A stretch of DNA of 64,000 bases from Piromyces finnis finn (Eukaryota > Fungi > Neocallimastigomycota), in contig MCFH01000010.1 in NCBI GenBank assembly GCA_002104945.1, positions 1 to 64,000 on the forward strand, written 5' to 3'. Below, piece after piece: positions 56,961 to 64,000 of this stretch. A program made the translations under genes and the position numbers. The notes beneath the pieces are model-generated. The model was not told the DNA's origin. It worked only from the letters and a program-made list of their open reading frames with translations, and did no database searches. Numbering within the stretch: the first letter of the stretch is position 1; each line of letters begins with the position of its first letter.

Positions 56961-59413
56961 TTATATCATACTACTACAAGCACTTGGACAATTAATCTTC
57001 ATTAGTGGTTTCTTTGAACAATCTAAACATCCCATACACATTGGGCAGTATACATTACTACTTCTCTTACATACATTTGGACAAGCATCAATGTATTCTG
57101 GTTTCTTTTCACAATCTATACAATTTATACATTTTGGACATGCAACGATTTTCTTTTCTTTTTTATTGTTAATCTTTTCTTTAATTCCAACATTTGTGTT
57201 TTCCTTTTCTTCTTCAACCTTTATAGCTTCAGTGATTTTTTCTTTGTTTACTTCTATTTCATCTAAAACTTCAGTAAAAGCTTCAGTAACGTCTTCGTCA
57301 TTTTCATTATCTTCAATATCATTATCGGTTATACAAACTTCTGGACAAGAACTTAAATAATCAGGGAATTCTTTACAATCAATGCATTTAATACATCTTG
57401 GACAATTAGTAAGGCTTTTAGTTTCTTCTTCCTTAATTTCATCCTTAGTATTATATGATTCGTCTTCAACGTTTATTGCTGATGTTTTAGTTGGTGCTTC
57501 AGTTATTTCTTCAACATTAACTTCAACAGTTGACTTTGACATGTCTTCAATTTTTTCTTCAATAATTTCATCAACATCAATTTCTCTTATATCGGCTTTT
57601 TTATCTTTGCATACAGATGGACAAGCATTTAAGTATGGGGAATCAGATTCACATTCAATACATCCAATGCAGTATGGGCATGCAACAGGGGATTCAACTA
57701 TTTCTTCTTCTTCTTCTATAACTATATTAACAGCATTATTTATGGCTTGTTCGGCAACACCATTATTAACATTAGCATCAACGGAAACAGCAACATTAGT
57801 AGCTACAGCAGCATTTGTTGCAACAGCAGCATTTGTAGCTTCAGAGGTATTAGTAGCAACAACAGCTGTTATTTCTTCTGGATTTTCTAAAATTGTAGTA
57901 GGAGATTCAGTAATAGTCATAGTAGCTTCTTCTGCTAAATCTAATGTAGTAACCTTTTCATTTTCAACAGCATTACTAATGTTTTCGGTTTCATTTTCAT
58001 CAATAACAATAACATTTCTACAAACATTTGGACAATCAATTAAATACTCTGGATGTTTAGTACAATCAATACATTCAATACACTTTGGACATTTAGCTTC
58101 TTTCTTTTCTACTTCATCAATAATTGTAGTACTACTGGTATCTTCAGTATCAACTTGACAAACATGTGGACAATTATCAATGTATTCTGGATGAGAAGAG
58201 CAATCAATACATTCTACACATGATGGACAAATTACTGATTCATCCTTTTCTGTTGTATTAGCTTCTATTTCTAATTCAGTCATACAAACTTCTGGACAAA
58301 TATCTTTGTAAATTGGAGTATCATCACAATCAACACAGTGCTTACAAGTTGGACAGGTAATAATTGGTTCTTCAATTGATGGTTCTTCACTTTCTTCAAT
58401 GCTAATAGTAATAGAAAATTCTTCGCTAATACAAGCAGCTGGACATTCAATTAAATATTCTGGATGTTCATCACAGTCAATGCAATTTTCACATAAAGGA
58501 CAAACAATGAGATTATCGTTATCTCCACCATTATCAATAATTTCACCATTTTCATCAATCATACAAGATGATGGGCAATTCTTTTGAAGAGTTGGTCTTC
58601 CTGAACAATCTATACAATTTTCACAGTATGGACATATAACATCAACATCTTCTTCAACAATTTTACAAACTTCTGGACAATCTTCTTGATATTTTGGATG
58701 TTTTGAACAGTCTATACAACCAATACAAGTTGGGCAACCTTCTTCTTCTTCAGACTTAATGATACAAACATTTGGACATACATCAAGATATTCTGGGTTT
58801 TCTTCACAATCAATGCAATTTTCGCAAGTTGGACATTGAATTACCTTAACTTCATCTAATTTACTTTCAACTTCAATAACCTCAGTTGTCACTTCTATAT
58901 CTTCTTGCTCAAATATTTTATTATCAACCATAAACATTTTATTGTTAATTGAAATTGTATCCATACAAACTTCTGGACAATTTGCACGGAATTGTGGAAT
59001 TTCATCACAATTATAACATTTTCTACAACGTGGACAAGGAACCATTGCTGGCTCAAAAGCTTGTGAAATTGGTGTATTTGAAGTATTTTCTTGAATATTA
59101 AATGATTTTTTTATTTTACGACATTCATAACGTTGACATGAAACACAAGTTCTTGGTATAAAAGTACACTTTTCATCCTCAGCACATCCTCCAGGACATA
59201 CTGCATTCTTATAATTTTTTTTTAAAAATAATATTTCATTTTAGTATATCATTAGCAAAATACAATATTTTTATTTTAAAAATAATAATTTTAATTATTA
59301 TGTATTTTTTTATTTACAATTTCTGATGGGCATTTAGCACAACTGACTGGTCCAGCCCAAGCGTATTGAAGTAATAAGACTTCTACTAATATAATAAATA
59401 TATAATTTTTCAT
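56961..59413 (-). CDS. Secreted acidic cysteine-repeat protein (Opy2-like Cys domain plus 12 six-Cys repeats)
   Basis: Exon 1 at 59413..59318 encodes a signal peptide (MKNYIFIILVEVLLLQYAWAGP). A phase-0 intron runs to 59208. Exon 2 at 59207..56961 is in frame with the 694-aa ORF and holds 12 x CPxCxxCxxC-x9-CPxxC. Confidence 0.85.
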
Positions 59414-60962
59414 ATTTATCTTCAACTTTCTATTTATTTAATTTATTAATGTCAATATATCTCTAAAAAAGCAAAAATTATATATTTTAATTTAAATTGT
59501 ATTTTTTGATATTATCTTTTATTTTTATTATTAAATATGTAATTCTATTCTTATTGTTTGAATCAACTTATTTTATTAATTAAAATTGAAAATTTCCACC
59601 TTTTGATTTATATTATAAAATTGATTTTAATTTATATACTGATATAATTAATAAAAAGATCTAAATATGATTATAATAATAAGAATAATAAAAATATAGA
59701 AAATTTATCAATATTAACAAAAATAAAAGAAATAAAGCAAAAAAAAAAAAAACAATTTTTTTTTTTAAATTTTTTTATTAATTTAAAACTATTTGATTAT
59801 TATTGTTTTATTATTGAAACTTTAATAAATATAGAATAATATAATATTAATAACTTAATAAATTAAATAAAGAATGTTCAAATCTTAATTATTAACAATA
59901 TTTCATTAATGTTTTATTGAATTTATATATATATTTGATAGTATCTTGTTAATAAATGTATAACAAAATATATGAATTTAATTTATTTAGTCATATATTA
60001 AGTTGAAGAAATATATAAATTATTATATGTTAAATATTAGTCTTAAGAATTTAATTTGTCGAATTCTAAATTAATAAAATTGAAGATATTTTAATTTATA
60101 CAGTTATAATTATTATATTAAAAAATATATTAATTTTTATCAAATTTTAAATATAACAAAGTTTAAATATATTAATTATTACTAAATTATAAATGAAATT
60201 GAAATATAAATTTACCATATATTATAATATACAGCAATATACTGTATTTATTTTTTTCAATAACAAGAAATCCATAAATTAATAAAGAAAAATTTCACAT
60301 TACATTTTTGTGTTACAATACTTTTCAAGTTTTTGTTCCGCACCTTTCTACTATTTCTAATGTATATTATTTATTGCTTTATTTTTCAATTGTTAAATAT
60401 AATCATATTTTATTCTAATTATTTTAACATAATATATATGACATTTATGGCATATAAATTTAAAATATATATATATATATATATAAACTGCTTTTTTTTT
60501 TTTTTTATATTTAAACACTTAAACCGTATATCATAAATTTTAGGATAAAGATTAAATATAATTTTTTCTTTTTCTTAATGTTCTTTATAATAAAAAATTT
60601 TATAGCAAAATAATTATAATAAAAAGTGATAGTATAATAGTTTATAATTTTTTTTAGTAATTTGAAAATTGATTTATTATCTCTTTAAATATTCATATTA
60701 ATAATTATAAGATTATATAATTGCTTATTTTTATTTAGATGAAGATAAAGATAAAAATAAAAAAATTATTTCTTTTTAATTCTTTCTTTACATAAATATG
60801 ATAACTTGTTTTTTTATTTATCTAAAAAAAAAAAAAAAAAAAAAAGGAAAAATAAAAAATAAAAAATTTAAAATATTATTTTAAAAATATATATATGTTT
60901 TTGTATTTTCATTTTATAATTTTGAATTTATATAATATTATATAGATACTATTTTATACTAT

Positions 60963-62201
60963 TTAATAATTGTTAAGTTGAAGTTGTTTAACAACAAAAA
61001 GTTTGAATATTAGTGCTAAATCTTTTATAGTATCCTCATCAAGAGCATTTGCATTATCATCAACTTTATGCCAAACATTTGGGAATGGATATGGAATTAT
61101 ATGTAAAATTGGAACATTCTTGCGTAAAAATGGTTTATGATCATCATCAATAAATAATTTAGTTGTTCCAATTAATCCTTCACTTTTGGAAAAATATTTA
61201 TTATTATTAATATCAGATGATGTTAAAAGTTGCTTTTGATCATTAAGCATACTTTCAACTTCAGCTAAGCTATTGAAATAAGCTTCTGAGCTTTTATAAT
61301 AATTTGTAAATGTTGGGTTTTTTGTTCCAAGTAAATCTAAAAGAACAAGAACATCAATACTTTGTAATTTTGTTGAAGTTGTTCCATACAAAGTTTCTTT
61401 ATCCCATTTTTCGGCTAAATGTTTAGAGCCATATATAGAATCAGTATTAGTCCAGTCTTGAAAAGCTTCCTCACCATCGAAAAATATCATTTGAAGTGTT
61501 GTTGATTTCTTGAGACCTTCTTCACCCTGTTCTTTAAGAATCTTTTCATCTCTACTTTCTAATGCAAAGTTCAAATTTTCTGCAATATCCATTAAAATTG
61601 CACATGGAACTGAAGAATCTGTAGCACCAATAAATTTTATATTATTAAAATATTTAGAATCATAATGAGCAGCAAGAACTAGTCTTCTTTCTGCTTTTGG
61701 ATTTTTAGTAAATATATAATTAGTAAAAGGCTTTACACCCAATGGAGTATAATCTTCAAAAGAATCTTTTTCAACATCCCAATTTAATCCAGTAAAATGA
61801 TTAAGTATAAATTCCTGTACTTTTTGGTGAGATTCAGTTCCAACAACTCTCTCGACTAATAATGGTGTCAAAAGAGCACCATCGGCAATATTTAAATTTG
61901 TATTTTTTGAATGTTTTTCTACTACATTAACATATTTTTCAATTGAAACATTATTTTCACTATTTCCACCTATACCAACAAGTCTAAGAAGAATTAAAAT
62001 TAAAAATATTGAGCCAATTCCTAAAATACTAAATGAAATTCCATAAAATATTTTTTTTAAAAATCCAGTTTTTGATTTAAATTGACCTTTATGTCTTTCC
62101 ATATAACGTACATTTTCAAAATTCTGTTCATTAAGTAATCCTTCCTCTTCTGCATCTCCTGTTCTTTTTTTTATATTAACCAATTGAATAGAATCGTTCA
62201 T
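60963..62201 (-). CDS. QPCT: Glutaminyl-peptide cyclotransferase (M28 fold), N-terminal membrane anchor
   Basis: Motifs AAHYDSK, GATDSSVPC, FFDGEEAF, IYGSKHLA, LLDLLG, DDDHKPF, IIPYPFPNVWH; TM near the N-terminus. Confidence 0.92.
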   Translation of the reverse strand: MNDSIQLVNIKKRTGDAEEEGLLNEQNFENVRYMERHKGQFKSKTGFLKKIFYGISFSILGIGSIFLILILLRLVGIGGNSENNVSIEKYVNVVEKHSKNTNLNIADGALLTPLLVERVVGTESHQKVQEFILNHFTGLNWDVEKDSFEDYTPLGVKPFTNYIFTKNPKAERRLVLAAHYDSKYFNNIKFIGATDSSVPCAILMDIAENLNFALESRDEKILKEQGEEGLKKSTTLQMIFFDGEEAFQDWTNTDSIYGSKHLAEKWDKETLYGTTSTKLQSIDVLVLLDLLGTKNPTFTNYYKSSEAYFNSLAEVESMLNDQKQLLTSSDINNNKYFSKSEGLIGTTKLFIDDDHKPFLRKNVPILHIIPYPFPNVWHKVDDNANALDEDTIKDLALIFKLFVVKQLQLNNY

Positions 62202-63181
62202 TATTAAATTTAAAGTTATTAGAATTTTTTATATATATTATTTTATCTTAGTTTTACTGTAAATTAGATTATACTTTGAGAAATCAATATATTTGATTAT
62301 TTTATAAACTTTTTTTATTGACAATGATTTATTATTATTATGGATTTATCATAAATATTGTATATAATTTATTTTATTTTTATATTTTTATTTTATGTTT
62401 AAATGTATATATATTTGATTTTTATTTGTTTTATTTATTTTATTTTTTTTTAAATTTAATATTATTTTATTTATTTTATAATAATTATTATTTAACCTGA
62501 CTATGAAAATCCTTAAAATATATGGTAAATTATAAAATAAAAATAAATAATAAAATCTTGAATAAATTAATAATTAAAAAGTTACCCAAACCACTATAAT
62601 TCAAATTATTGATGGAAGGATTTTATAATAATTTAAATTACTATAGATAATTTACAAATTTATTAAATAATTAATCATAAATTTATAATTTATTTTCTAT
62701 TAATAAATTAAAATATTCCGATTTTATGTTTTAAAATATTTTAAAAAATAGTAATAATAAAGTTAATCCATTTTTAATTTTTTTTTTTATTTTTTATTTT
62801 AGGAATAATAACAGTAATAATAAAAAAGAAAAAGAAAAGAATAGGAAATAGTAATGTATAATATATAATAAATTTTGAATTGAAATTTAACTTTTATAAT
62901 AATTTTTTTTTTTGAAAAAATAAATTAAAAAATTATAATATACATAAACATTACATAATGTCATAATACAGAAACTGACTTTTTTTTTTTTTTTTTTACT
63001 ATTATTAGAAGTGATATCTCTTAAATATTATATAACATTAAAATAATAATTTCAGAATAATAAGAAATTTATTAAAGTAAAAATAATAATAGATATATAT
63101 AAGTGGGAAAGTTTAATAGAAGAAACATAATTTTTTTTAAAAAAAAAAAAAAAAAGAAAAGAAAAAAGGAAAAAAAATAAA

Positions 63182-64000
63182 ATGAGTGAAGAATACGCAC
63201 ACATTTTAAGAAATGCAATTGCTGAACATAATTTAATTACAGTAAAAAAATTAATTAGTGAAAAAAAAGCAACCATTCAATGTCCAAATCCAGAAAATGG
63301 ATGGTACATAAGTATATGTTTTATATATTCAATATTTGTTAAAAATAGTTTTATAAGATACTTAAAATTCTCAACAATTATCATTTTTATATTGCATAAA
63401 TAGGAATTCATTGTTCTATGCTATACGATACAATGCTCAGGAAATATTTAATTACTTAATGTTTGATGCAAAACATGAAATAAATGGTTGTTCAAAAGTA
63501 AAGTTCAATTTTATATTTAATAACAAGGTGAAAAAATAAAAATAACCCTTTTTATTTAATAAATATAGGATTTTCAAAAAAATAACGCTGCAATTATAGC
63601 TGCAAAATATAAAAATCTTGATGTATGTAAATATATATTACAATATCATCTATTTTTTTTAAATATTAAATTGGAAAAAAATAATAAAAATTTAAGGAAT
63701 TTTATAATAAATTTCAACAAAATTCAAATCTTAATAGGCATTTAATGTGTATGTTGAATTATTCCCAGATATTGTATATGAAGTAAATAATGATGGTTGT
63801 TCACCTTTACACATTGCTGCACAAAATGGAATGAGAGATATGGTTATTGTAAGAATATATTATTTTTTTAAAGGTTTAATTAAAGATAAAACTGAATAAA
63901 ATTAATTTATCTATTATTACATTTTAATAAAGAAACTATTAGATATGAACATTCCAGGTTCAATAAAAGATAAAGAAGGAAATACCCCTTTGCATTAGTA
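63182..64000 (+). CDS. AVO2: Ankyrin-repeat protein, Avo2-like (TORC2-associated), partial and multi-exon
   Basis: Exons read LRNAIAEHNLITVKKL...NPENGW|NSLFYA, then NNDGCSPLHIAAQNG and KDKEGNTPLH. The N-terminus resembles yeast Avo2 as I recall it. The gene runs off the window end. Confidence 0.6.

Noticed and set aside
56935-58587. Plus-strand ORFs overlapping the Cys-repeat gene
   Set aside because: Antisense shadows of a biased-composition coding strand.
56961-59045. Polyferredoxin interpretation of the CxxCxxC repeats
   Set aside because: The spacing is CxxCxxCxxC, not the ferredoxin CxxCxxCxxxCP, and the protein has a signal peptide.

Overview
Extremely AT-rich eukaryotic DNA with short GT-AG introns. 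It is most consistent with an anaerobic gut fungus (Neocallimastigomycota); this is inferred from base composition, intron style and a fungal-type CotH gene. Housekeeping genes lie at both ends: a phosducin-like protein and symplekin on the left; glutaminyl cyclase and an Avo2-like ankyrin protein on the right. Between them (about 13.5-59.4 kb) is an island of surface or secreted modular proteins plus transposons. (1) A head-to-head pair of fusion genes that only appear once introns are spliced by hand: a CotH-like, apparently catalytically dead kinase domain fused to a multi-pass processive GT2 glycosyltransferase (- strand), and a signal peptide-LRR-putative clan GH-A glycoside hydrolase-TM protein (+ strand). 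(2) A decayed bacterial-type Rpn/PDDEXK_2 nuclease gene. (3) Four tandem membrane-anchored CAP/PR-1 genes with a conserved cytoplasmic tail. (4) A 19-kb nest of LTR retroelements between CAP1 and CAP2, plus a solo LTR inside CAP2. The nest holds two Ty1/copia elements sharing a half-tRNA-Lys(CUU)-type primer site (one with TA...TA LTR ends), a full-length chromovirus with a Tf1-like self-priming site inserted in copia gag, and two further solo LTRs. All insertions have 5-bp TSDs. (5) A secreted protein with 12 copies of a six-cysteine repeat. All calls come from reading and hand-translating the sequence; no database searches were run.
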